Of a stretch of 30,849 nt of DNA, positions 1 to 7,451 are shown piece after piece. How positions within the stretch are numbered: position 1 is the stretch's first letter; every line of letters begins with the position of its first letter. The notes beneath the pieces are model-generated. The model did not search any database, was not told where the DNA came from, and saw nothing but the letters and a program-made list of their open reading frames with translations. The stretch lies in the IMG/VR virus record IMGVR_UViG_3300037479_000046, positions 1 to 30,849 of that record; one strand, 5' to 3'. A program made the position numbers and the translations under genes. The stretch comes from a virus. Lineage: Duplodnaviria > Caudoviricetes.

Positions 1-1
1 G

Positions 2-175
2 CTGGTGCTCTTGTACGCCGCGTGGGTGGCGAGCACGGGGCGCTTCAACCGGTTCCTCGCGACGGGCATCGTCGAGGAGTGCGAGCCCTTCCCCGACGGC
101 CAGGTCTTGGTTGGCCGAGGGTCGATCATCGACGCGTGTCGGTGGCCGCACCCACTGCCGCGCACGGTGACGTGA
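2..175 (+). CDS. 3' end of a phage hypothetical protein, possibly Sm/LSm-like fold (5'-truncated by window; not in ORF track)
   Basis: Frame from position 2 reads LVLLYAAWVASTGRFNRFLATGIVEECEPFPDGQVLVGRGSIIDACRWPHPLPRTVT-stop(173-175), with ordinary protein-like composition; stop overlaps next ATG (TGATG). VLVGRGSII resembles the Sm2 strand-RG-xx-I motif (inference). Confidence 0.75.
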   Translation: MVLLYAAWVASTGRFNRFLATGIVEECEPFPDGQVLVGRGSIIDACRWPHPLPRTVT

Positions 176-291
176 TGGACGCGGCGGTTGCCCGCACCGG
201 TTGGGATCGGTCGGGGTCGGGGTCGTGGTCGCGGTCGCGGTCGGGGTCGCGGTCGCGGTCGGGGTCGGGGTCGCGCGGAGGTGCTGCGTGA
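175..291 (+). CDS. 38-aa Ser/Gly/Arg/Trp-repeat microprotein A (MDAAVARTGWDRSGSGSWSRSRSGSRSRSGSGSRGGAA)
   Basis: ATG at 175 overlaps upstream stop; corresponds to the C-terminal part of track ORF 22..291; N-terminus aligns with paralogous ORF at 288. Confidence 0.65.
   Translation: MDAAVARTGWDRSGSGSWSRSRSGSRSRSGSGSRGGAA
208..273 (+). repeat. 11 tandem copies of hexamer BGGTCG (B=C/G/T)
   Basis: CGGTCG GGGTCG GGGTCG TGGTCG CGGTCG CGGTCG GGGTCG CGGTCG CGGTCG GGGTCG GGGTCG read directly. Confidence 0.97.
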
Positions 292-374
292 GCGCTGCGT
301 TACTTCGGGAGGGCTTCGATCGGTCGGGGTCGGGGTCGTGGTCGTGGTCGGGGTCGCCGGGGTCGCCGGGGTAG
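288..374 (+). CDS. 28-aa Ser/Gly/Trp-repeat microprotein B (MSAALLREGFDRSGSGSWSWSGSPGSPG); not in ORF track
   Basis: GTG at 288 overlaps stop of microprotein A (GTGA), GGAGG at 277-281, TAG at 372-374; paralogous N-terminus. Confidence 0.65.
   Translation: MSAALLREGFDRSGSGSWSWSGSPGSPG
321..371 (+). repeat. 6 tandem BGGTCG hexamers followed by degenerate CCGGGGT units
   Basis: Read directly; 318-344 is identical to 205-231 (27 nt). Confidence 0.95.
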
Positions 375-483
375 ACTGGCATCAAGGAACGTTTGGCCTC
401 GAGCCACAAGAATACGCGCCGGAGATCGAGACGTGACGTCGGGACGGAGACGCGACAAACTGGCGACAACGGAGGTGCGGACA

Positions 484-738
484 ATGGGAGCGAACGGAGA
501 GGATGCGCCGATGACTCTCGCACAAGCGAGCGAGTACCTCGGCGGCCGGGTGAGTGAGGAGGCAGTGCGCCGCGCGCTGCACGACGGCGCACTGCGTGGG
601 CGGAACCTGGGAGGCAACGTCGGCTGGATGACGACGCGCGCCGCGGTGCTGGAGTGGATCACGCGCGGCAATGGGCCTGGCCGCGCCGAAGTCAGGACCA
701 AGGCCCTCGGAGGAGGCGAAGATGGCAAGGGTGGGTAG
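484..738 (+). CDS. Excisionase-like (MerR-type/HTH_17) DNA-binding protein
   Basis: MTLAQASEYLGGRVSEEAVRRALHDGALRGRNLGGNVGWMTTRAAVLEWI fits the excisionase HTH+wing pattern; GGAGG at 471-475 before ATG 484. Confidence 0.8.
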   Translation: MGANGEDAPMTLAQASEYLGGRVSEEAVRRALHDGALRGRNLGGNVGWMTTRAAVLEWITRGNGPGRAEVRTKALGGGEDGKGG

Positions 739-1678
739 TGAGTCCCGCGAGCGCGGTACGTACATCGGTGGGCCGGCAGCGTCGCAAATCTGCGGCCTGT
801 CGCCTTACGGGGCGGGGGCGGCAGACGCCTACGCCTCGATCGTCCACGGGACCCAGGTCCCACAGTCTCCGCGCTTGCTGCGCGGGCTGTTGTTCGAACC
901 CGGCTTGGCGGCGTGGGTCGCAGAGCAGCGCGGACGCGCACTGGAGCGCGACGTGTTCTGCTTGGACGACGCGGTCCCGTTCTTTGGCGGGAGCATCGAC
1001 GCAGTCGAAGAGGGCGGCGAAGTAATCCACGAGTTCACGACGACGACGACGCGCGGGCGCCACCTCTGGGGCGTGCCGGGCACGGATGACTGCGCGCACC
1101 ACAAGTGGGCACAGGCGCAGTGGTATATGGGCGTTGAGCCTCGTTTTCGCGAGGCGCATGTGTGGTGCTTCGTCGTCGACGGCGACGAGGAGCCGCTGCA
1201 CTACATCGTGCCGCGCAACGACGGCGCCATCGCGGCGATGCGCGAGCGCTGCGAGTCGTTCTGGTGGGACCACGTCGTCGCAAGGGTGCCGCCGCCGGGT
1301 GGCGCGTCCGACGCGCTCGACGTGCTGCACCCGCGCGCGAACGGCAAGATCGTCGAGGCGACGCCCGACCTCATTGCCGCGGCGCACCGATACGCCGTCG
1401 CGCGCGACGCAGAAAAGTCGGCAAAGGACGAAAAGGACGAGGCGGCCGGCGCGATTAAGGCGGCGCTCGGCGACGACGAGGGCGCGCGCTGGTCGGGCGG
1501 ATCGATCTCGTGGAAAGAGCGCGAGATGGGCGAGAAAGTCTCCTGGGAGGAGGTCGCGCATCAGGTGGCGTTGCGCTCGAAGATGCCCGGCGAGGTGTTT
1601 AATGAGATCGTGCGCGAGCAGACGATGGCGTCGCGCAGCGTTCGAGCGCTGCGTGTGACGGTGCAGAGGGAACGTTAA
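722..1678 (+). CDS. YqaJ-family viral recombinase exonuclease (lambda-exonuclease-like)
   Basis: IGG..S.ICGLSPY, RG..FEP, GSIDA, QAQWYMGV and FWWDHVVARVPPP motifs; GGAGG at 712-716; directly upstream of ERF. The expected E-x-K reads E-F-T. Confidence 0.9.
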   Translation: MARVGSESRERGTYIGGPAASQICGLSPYGAGAADAYASIVHGTQVPQSPRLLRGLLFEPGLAAWVAEQRGRALERDVFCLDDAVPFFGGSIDAVEEGGEVIHEFTTTTTRGRHLWGVPGTDDCAHHKWAQAQWYMGVEPRFREAHVWCFVVDGDEEPLHYIVPRNDGAIAAMRERCESFWWDHVVARVPPPGGASDALDVLHPRANGKIVEATPDLIAAAHRYAVARDAEKSAKDEKDEAAGAIKAALGDDEGARWSGGSISWKEREMGEKVSWEEVAHQVALRSKMPGEVFNEIVREQTMASRSVRALRVTVQRER

Positions 1679-1712
1679 CCGCGGCGTCCGCGCCGCACGA
1701 AGGGGCAATGCA

Positions 1713-2483
1713 ATGGAAAACCAACACGGAACGCAGGGGAACGCCACGACGTCGTCGTGGGCATCGACCAGCATCGCGGCGCTGGCGGTCGCGCTGGCGA
1801 AGGCGCAGGGGGAAATGCGCCACGCGGCGAAGGACAACGTCAATCCACACTTCAGGTCGCGTTACGCGGACCTGGCCGGCGTGATCGACGCCTGTCGGGA
1901 GCCGCTCGCAAAAAACGGACTGTCGTGGTCGCAGTTGCCGACGGTGGGTGATGGGCAGGTGCGCGTGCGCACGGTGCTCATGCACGCCTCGGGCGAATGG
2001 ATCTCGTCCGAGCTATCGTTGCCCGTCAGCAAGCACGACGCGCAGGGGATCGGCTCGGCGATCACCTACGCGCGCCGCTACGCGCTGTCCGCGATGGTTG
2101 GCGTGGCGCAGGATGACGACGACGGGAACGCGGCGGCGGCGGCGGCGCCGAAGGGACCGCCGCCCGTCGACGTGGAGGGCGCGAAGCGCGAGGCGCGCGC
2201 GGCCAATCCCGCGGCGACGAACGGCGACGGCGCGCCGCCGGAGCGCAAGAGCGCGACGGCGCGTCTCTTAGAGTTCAAGCGGGCCATCGACTCTTGCGGC
2301 GCGGAACGGGAGATCGCGGCTACGCTCGACTCGTGGGCGGCCGCGCTGGAGAGGTTCCCGTCGCAGGCGCGGAAGGTGGCGCATGCCTACGCGCGCTCGC
2401 GCTCGTGTGACCTGGCGAACTCGGACGTCGCCCCCGAAGACGCGAAACTGGTCGAGCAGCTGAACGAGCTTGCGAAGGAATGA
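1713..2483 (+). CDS. erf: ERF-family single-strand annealing protein
   Basis: NPHFRSRYADL, TVLMHASGEWI and GSAITYARRYALSAMVGVAQDDDDGN are ERF signature motifs. Confidence 0.95.
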   Translation: MENQHGTQGNATTSSWASTSIAALAVALAKAQGEMRHAAKDNVNPHFRSRYADLAGVIDACREPLAKNGLSWSQLPTVGDGQVRVRTVLMHASGEWISSELSLPVSKHDAQGIGSAITYARRYALSAMVGVAQDDDDGNAAAAAAPKGPPPVDVEGAKREARAANPAATNGDGAPPERKSATARLLEFKRAIDSCGAEREIAATLDSWAAALERFPSQARKVAHAYARSRSCDLANSDVAPEDAKLVEQLNELAKE

Positions 2484-2487
2484 CGTC

Positions 2488-2688
2488 GTGATCCTCATTT
2501 ACGACGAGCGGGCACAGTTTGGTCGTGATGCTGCGGTTGTCCTCGCGGAATGCAACCGCGTCGACGAGGTGCAGGGCGTCGTCGACGATCTCGGTGTGAC
2601 CGTGTTCGCCGCCGAGTTCGTCGAGGACGACGCGGGCATCGCATGGGTCCGCGACCTCGGCCTGTACGACCCGCGGGGCGCGCGATGA
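2488..2688 (+). CDS. Small acidic hypothetical protein
   Basis: AAGGA at 2475-2479 then GTG 2488; stop overlaps next ATG (ATGA). Confidence 0.6.
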   Translation: MILIYDERAQFGRDAAVVLAECNRVDEVQGVVDDLGVTVFAAEFVEDDAGIAWVRDLGLYDPRGAR

Positions 2689-2879
2689 CGCTGGTCGTCC
2701 GCGTGTGCCCGCGGTGCGGGCGGTCCATGCGCGCGCTCTCCTGGGCGCCCGCGTGGGCCGTCTGCGGCCCGTGTTCGGACGACGAAATGGCGCGCCAGCC
2801 GGCCCTGCCGCTGCGCAAAACTCCGCGTCCGGACGCGATCCCGCCGAAAGACGTTCCAACCCGAGACGATTCGCGGTAG
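2685..2879 (+). CDS. Small zinc-finger-like protein (CPRC...CGPC)
   Basis: ATG overlaps upstream stop; two CxxC pairs. Confidence 0.55.
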   Translation: MTLVVRVCPRCGRSMRALSWAPAWAVCGPCSDDEMARQPALPLRKTPRPDAIPPKDVPTRDDSR

Positions 2880-2886
2880 AAGTCGA

Positions 2887-2974
2887 CCCGTCGCGAGTGA
2901 TCGCGACGACGCGCGGGAGCGAGGCGGGCAGCTTCGCCCCCGGTGAGGCCCTCGCGGCGCTCCCGCGCGACGGG
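2887..2974 (+). other. Highly structured intergenic segment upstream of the replication initiator (candidate cis-regulatory RNA)
   Basis: 8-bp hairpin with GTGA tetraloop (2889-2908); perfect 12-bp stem 2910-2921/2958-2969; competing 9-bp stem 2887-2895/2966-2974. Confidence 0.4.
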
Positions 2975-3069
2975 CCGCGGCAACCTGTCTGCCCCAGGAT
3001 GCCCGGCCCAACCTTTCCCCCCTCCATCGAACAACGCAACGGCGCACCGCGCCGCCAAGGGAGACATGC

Positions 3070-4362
3070 ATGTCCGCGCCGATCAAATGTCAGACGCTCC
3101 ACGCCGCCGCCGAACTCGGCGAGCCGGTGATCGCATACAGCGGGCTCGCCGCGCGCGCGCTCGGCGACGACCCAATCGCGTCCATCATCCTCTGCCAGAT
3201 GTGGTTCTGGACGCGCGGTGGGACGCGACGATCATCAGTCGACGCCGGCTCGATCTATGGCGTCACTGGAGTGAATCCGGCGCGCCAACGACGCGCACGC
3301 CGCGCACTCAAAGGCCGCGGTTGGCTGCGCGAGAAGACCAGACGCGGCGAGGACGGCCGGCTGCACGTCACATATGCCGTCGATCGCGATCGGGCGCTGC
3401 TGGACCTGCGGGCGTTCGCGGGTGCGGAGCGCGACCGCCGCGCCGCCGCGATGGAGCTCTCCTTGTTGGCGTCGGTCGGCAACGAGCCAGGAGAGAAATC
3501 GATCATGGACTCGGCGCCATGCGAAGAAATCGATCATGGCCATATGCAGAAATCGATCATGGAACCGGTTCCGCCATGTGCAGAAATCGATCATTCTGGA
3601 GATCCGGATCCGGAAGAGATCCGGAAAGAGGAAATACAGGAGCACGGCGCTACGCGCCCGCTCTCGCTCGAGCAGCCGGAGCCGGACGCGACCCGGGTGA
3701 ACGCGCCCCCCGAGGGCAATCGATCCGACAGGGCCGGTCCCCGATCAGCGGAGTCGGAGCTCAAGCCGATCGTCGCGGCCGAGGACGTCCTCAATGGACT
3801 ATGGGACGATGATGTTCCGGGCGCGCGCGGCGTCGCTGTCCTCGCCGTCGTGCTGCGTGTCCTGTCGGAGACGTGGCACGGCCAGCCGCGCGCCGTCGTC
3901 CCGTCCAAGCAGCGGCGCAACCTCTGGTCGGATTGGGTCGATGCCGGCGGGCGCCCCAGCGACGCCATGCGCGCCATCCACGGGATGCGGCATGATGATT
4001 GGGATCGGCGCGGCGACCACGCTGACCTACGCCACCTCCTCGGGAGCGTCGATCGCTGGGTCGGACTCTACCATTCTCACCACGTCCGCGGCGTAGAGCC
4101 GCGCTGGCCGCGACGTCGCGCCGACGCGACACCCGCCGGGCTCCGACCATGGCGCGGCGTGTATCTGCCGGCGGAGCGCACCCCCACGGAGGGCGATCGC
4201 TTCGCGCTCGACGCTGGCTATGTGTTCGTGTTCGACGAGCGCGAGTGGGTCGATCCACGCGACGATCCCCGCGGCCTCGTCGCGAAGCACCGCGCCCGAT
4301 ACGGCGATGCAAACGTGAGCGAGGTCGCGCGCGCACGCATCGGAGCGGATCGTGTCGCGTGA
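3070..4362 (+). CDS. Phage replication initiator (lambda O / P22 gp18-like, N-terminal winged HTH)
   Basis: ASIILCQMWFW...TGVNPARQRRARRALKGRGWLREK HTH pattern; internal iterons; immediately upstream of and overlapping dnaB. Confidence 0.85.
   Translation: MSAPIKCQTLHAAAELGEPVIAYSGLAARALGDDPIASIILCQMWFWTRGGTRRSSVDAGSIYGVTGVNPARQRRARRALKGRGWLREKTRRGEDGRLHVTYAVDRDRALLDLRAFAGAERDRRAAAMELSLLASVGNEPGEKSIMDSAPCEEIDHGHMQKSIMEPVPPCAEIDHSGDPDPEEIRKEEIQEHGATRPLSLEQPEPDATRVNAPPEGNRSDRAGPRSAESELKPIVAAEDVLNGLWDDDVPGARGVAVLAVVLRVLSETWHGQPRAVVPSKQRRNLWSDWVDAGGRPSDAMRAIHGMRHDDWDRRGDHADLRHLLGSVDRWVGLYHSHHVRGVEPRWPRRRADATPAGLRPWRGVYLPAERTPTEGDRFALDAGYVFVFDEREWVDPRDDPRGLVAKHRARYGDANVSEVARARIGADRVA
3494..3640 (+). 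promoter_or_regulatory. Probable phage origin of replication: four iterons plus purine-rich tract
   Basis: AGAAATCGATCAT at 3494, 3525, 3548 and 3582 (copies 2-4 extend to GCCATRYGMAGAAATCGATCAT), then GATCCGGA repeats and A/G-rich GGAAAGAGGAAATACAGG; the repeats occur in different reading frames, so they are DNA-level. Confidence 0.85.
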
Positions 4363-5833
4363 CGTCGTCGATGACGACCTGATCCCGCTTGGCGTGGTCA
4401 TCGACGGCCAGGCGGACGCTCGCGCGCGCATCGCTGAGGAGGTCTACCGCGCGGAGAAGCGCCGCGTCCGAGAGCCTCCGCACGTCACACTTATCGAGCG
4501 CGCCGTTGTCGCAACGATCATCGAGTGTGGGAAGCGCGCCGTCATATGCTGTGAGGAGGTCGGGCTGTCGGCGGCGGATTTCTATGACGAAGCTGTTGGC
4601 AACGTTTACGCCGCCGCGGTCGCGGTCCATGCGCGCGGTGCCGCGCTGTCGATCACGTCGATCATCGACCAGCTAGCGCGTGTTGCGAGGCTCGACGCCA
4701 GCGGGGGGCCGCTCGTCGTCGCGGCGATGTCGGAACGCGACGCCTACGACCTGATCGAATCACTCGAGACGCGCGATGGCATCGACGAGCTGATCACAAA
4801 CGCAAAGCTGGTCATCGAGCACGCGCAGCGTCGCCGCGTCATCGAGGCGTGTCGACGTGCCGTCGGTATGGCGCACGCCGGGGCGCACGACGCGGCGACG
4901 ATCCTCGACGAGACCATGCGCACGCTGGCCGCCGTCGAGGCGGGCACGGATCGTAAGCTGGCGGACAACGCGACGATCGCCCATGCGCTATCTACGTCAT
5001 TGCCGGCATTTGGCGGCAAGAGACACGCGGTGCCGACCGGGTTTACCGATGTCGATCATCTGCTCCAGGGCGGGCTGGTGCCGGGCGACCTGATCATCCT
5101 CGCCGGGCGCCCGTCGATGGGGAAAACAGAGCTCGCGCTGAACGTGTGCGAAAAGCGCTGCCTCGATCACCGTCGGCCCGCGCTGTTCTTCTCGCTGGAA
5201 ATGGGCGCCGACCAGCTGCACACGCGCATCGCTGGCGGGCGAGCGCGCGTCAACCCGATGCGCGAGGGCGTCCCTCGCCAGATGGCCAACCGCCTATCGG
5301 CCGCTCTCGCTGAACTGGCCGACTCGCGGCTACTGATCGACGAGACGCCAGGTCTCACGGTTGGGCAACTGCGCGCGACCGCACGCGCTGTGCGCCGACA
5401 GCATCCGATCGAACTGATTGTCGTCGACTACCTCCAGCTGTTGAGCGTAGAGCGCGCATTTGACAACAAGGCGACGGAGGTTGGCGAGATTAGCAAGGCG
5501 CTTAAACAGCTGGCGCGCGAGCTACGACTCCCCGTCGTGGCGCTGTCGCAGCTGAACCGCGGCGTGGAGTCGCGTGCGGACAAACGACCGCTAATGAGCG
5601 ATCTCCGCGAGAGTGGCGCGTTAGAGCAAGACGCCGACGTGATCGCGTTCCTCTACCGCGAGGAGTATTACCTCAAGGACGCAACGCCCGGGAACAAGAT
5701 CGGCGTCGCAGAACTGATCATCGCGAAGCACCGCAACGGCCCGACGGGCGTAGCACATCTTCATTTCGGACGGCACGAGCGAGACCCGCTCGATGCGCCA
5801 CCAAGATTCGGCTCTCTGACGAGGACAACATGA
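4352..5833 (+). CDS. dnaB: Replicative DNA helicase, DnaB family
   Basis: Walker A GRPSMGKT, FFSLEM, VVDYLQL, LSQLNR, SDLRESGALEQDAD, KHRNGPTG. Confidence 0.98.
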   Translation: MSRDVVDDDLIPLGVVIDGQADARARIAEEVYRAEKRRVREPPHVTLIERAVVATIIECGKRAVICCEEVGLSAADFYDEAVGNVYAAAVAVHARGAALSITSIIDQLARVARLDASGGPLVVAAMSERDAYDLIESLETRDGIDELITNAKLVIEHAQRRRVIEACRRAVGMAHAGAHDAATILDETMRTLAAVEAGTDRKLADNATIAHALSTSLPAFGGKRHAVPTGFTDVDHLLQGGLVPGDLIILAGRPSMGKTELALNVCEKRCLDHRRPALFFSLEMGADQLHTRIAGGRARVNPMREGVPRQMANRLSAALAELADSRLLIDETPGLTVGQLRATARAVRRQHPIELIVVDYLQLLSVERAFDNKATEVGEISKALKQLARELRLPVVALSQLNRGVESRADKRPLMSDLRESGALEQDADVIAFLYREEYYLKDATPGNKIGVAELIIAKHRNGPTGVAHLHFGRHERDPLDAPPRFGSLTRTT

Positions 5834-6495
5834 TCAGTCACACCATCGCGGCGCTCTACGTCGAGCGCGACGGCGCCTACTACGGGCTCGACGACGTCGA
5901 CCCGTGGGACCGAGAGCGCGACGCGCGTCTCTACGACGGGCCGCACCCCGTCGTCGCGCATCCGCCGTGTGAGCGCTGGGGCCGCTACTGGTACGGCGGC
6001 CCGATGCTGCACGCACTCGGTCGGCGCAAGACGAAGGGCGACGACGGCGGGTGCTTTGCGATGGCCCTGCGTGCCGTCCAGCGCTTCGGCGGCGTGCTCG
6101 AGCACCCGGCCGCTTCGCACGCATGGCGCGCGTTCGACATCGTCGCGCCGCCGCACGAGGGTGGCTGGGTCCCGGCCGGCATCTTCCATCCCGGCGCCTT
6201 CACTTGCCACGTCGAGCAGGGGCACTACGGGCACCGCGCGCCGCCGGGCTTGCCGCAAGAGCAGCACGACGCTCGCAAGCGCGTGCTTGCCGATATCGGC
6301 TGGTTCACGCCCGAGCTGATGTCGAAGCGCGAGCGCTCCGCCACCCCCATCCCGTTCCGCGATGTGCTGCTCACCATCGCCCGAACCGCTTGCGCTGACG
6401 ATCCCGCCGAAGGCGCCGCGATGATCGAGATATCCCGCGACGACGAGAACGGCCTGAACGGCGCGACCGTCGCGGAGAAGGTCGACGACGAATGA
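5830..6495 (+). CDS. Phage protein resembling a degenerate C5-cytosine methyltransferase
   Basis: IAALYV..DG.Y, DPWD..RDAR.Y.GPHPVVAHPPC (PC dipeptide), VLEHP (ENV-like), VEQGHYGH (motif VIII-like) in MTase order. Confidence 0.6.
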   Translation: MISHTIAALYVERDGAYYGLDDVDPWDRERDARLYDGPHPVVAHPPCERWGRYWYGGPMLHALGRRKTKGDDGGCFAMALRAVQRFGGVLEHPAASHAWRAFDIVAPPHEGGWVPAGIFHPGAFTCHVEQGHYGHRAPPGLPQEQHDARKRVLADIGWFTPELMSKRERSATPIPFRDVLLTIARTACADDPAEGAAMIEISRDDENGLNGATVAEKVDDE

Positions 6496-7451
6496 ACGCG
6501 CCAACCCCGTTCGACGTCGTCCAGCGCTGGCGCGCGCGCCGCGACCTCTACCGCCCCGCCGGTGAGCCGATCGACGCGCATGCGTACGGCGTCGACGTTA
6601 TCGAAGAGCGCGCCGCTCGCGCCTTCGTCGTCGGGCACCACTACTCGGCGAGCTACCCCGCCGCCGTCTGCCGCGTCGGTCTCTTTCGCGCCGACGCCGG
6701 GCTCGTCGGCGTCGCCGTGTTCTCGGTGCCGTGCAACCCGGCGACGGTGCCCGCGCGCCTCGGCGTCGGCGCCGAGGCCGGCGTCGAGCTCGGCCGCTTC
6801 GTGTTGCTCGACGATGTGCCCGCCAACGGCGAAACGTGGTTCCTGCGCCGCGCGTTCGCCGTGCTGCGCGCCGAGAAGCCCGCCGTGCGCGCGGTGCTCG
6901 CGTACTCCGATCCCGAGCCGCGCACGACGCTCGACGGCGACGTCGTTATGCCCGGGCACGTCGGCACTATTTATCAGGCGCACAACGCGCGCTACCTCGG
7001 CCGCGCGCGGCGCGAACGCGTGTGGCTGACGGGCGATGGGCGCACGCTGAACCGCCGCACGCTGTCGAAGCTCCGACGCGACGAGGGCGGCGCCGCCGGC
7101 GCGTACGCGCAGATGCTCGCCGCTGGCGCGCCGCCGCGGCGTCCGCTCGAGAGCGGGCCAGCGTACGTCGAGCGAGCGCTGCGCGAGGGGCCATTCCGGA
7201 CATACATGCACCCGGGGGTTCACGCGTACGCGTGGGGGCTCGATCGGCGCGCTGAGCGTGCGCTGCCCACGGCCGTCGCGCCGACGCCGAAGCGGGGGGC
7301 AGCATCTCCGCCTGCGCGCGTACTGAACGACGGCTTAGTACCGCCGAGCAACATCGGCGACCCCGATGAGCAGCAGCATGGGCGCGAGTTATGGAGGCGC
7401 AACTCCGTTCTCGCCGCGCTGCGCGCGTGCGGGGAAGAGTGGCCGCCGTGA
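6492..7451 (+). CDS. mom: Mom-family (GNAT-fold) adenine-modification enzyme
   Basis: HHYS, LVGVAVF, VELGRFVL, ANGETWFL, AYSDP and GHVGTIYQAHNARYLG match phage Mu Mom-like motifs. Confidence 0.85.
   Translation: MNAPTPFDVVQRWRARRDLYRPAGEPIDAHAYGVDVIEERAARAFVVGHHYSASYPAAVCRVGLFRADAGLVGVAVFSVPCNPATVPARLGVGAEAGVELGRFVLLDDVPANGETWFLRRAFAVLRAEKPAVRAVLAYSDPEPRTTLDGDVVMPGHVGTIYQAHNARYLGRARRERVWLTGDGRTLNRRTLSKLRRDEGGAAGAYAQMLAAGAPPRRPLESGPAYVERALREGPFRTYMHPGVHAYAWGLDRRAERALPTAVAPTPKRGAASPPARVLNDGLVPPSNIGDPDEQQHGRELWRRNSVLAALRACGEEWPP

Noticed and set aside
205-374. Possible CRISPR array
   Set aside because: Contiguous hexamer repeats without unique spacers; no cas genes.
1681-1696. GCGGCG-TCCG-CGCCGC hairpin between YqaJ and ERF genes
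   Set aside because: A 6-bp GC stem without U tract is expected by chance at this GC content.
2910-2969. tRNA gene
   Set aside because: No T-loop (GTTCRA), D-loop or cloverleaf spacing.
3494-3594. Possible mini-CRISPR from 13-bp repeats
   Set aside because: Repeats and gaps are too short and lie inside the initiator gene; iterons explain them.
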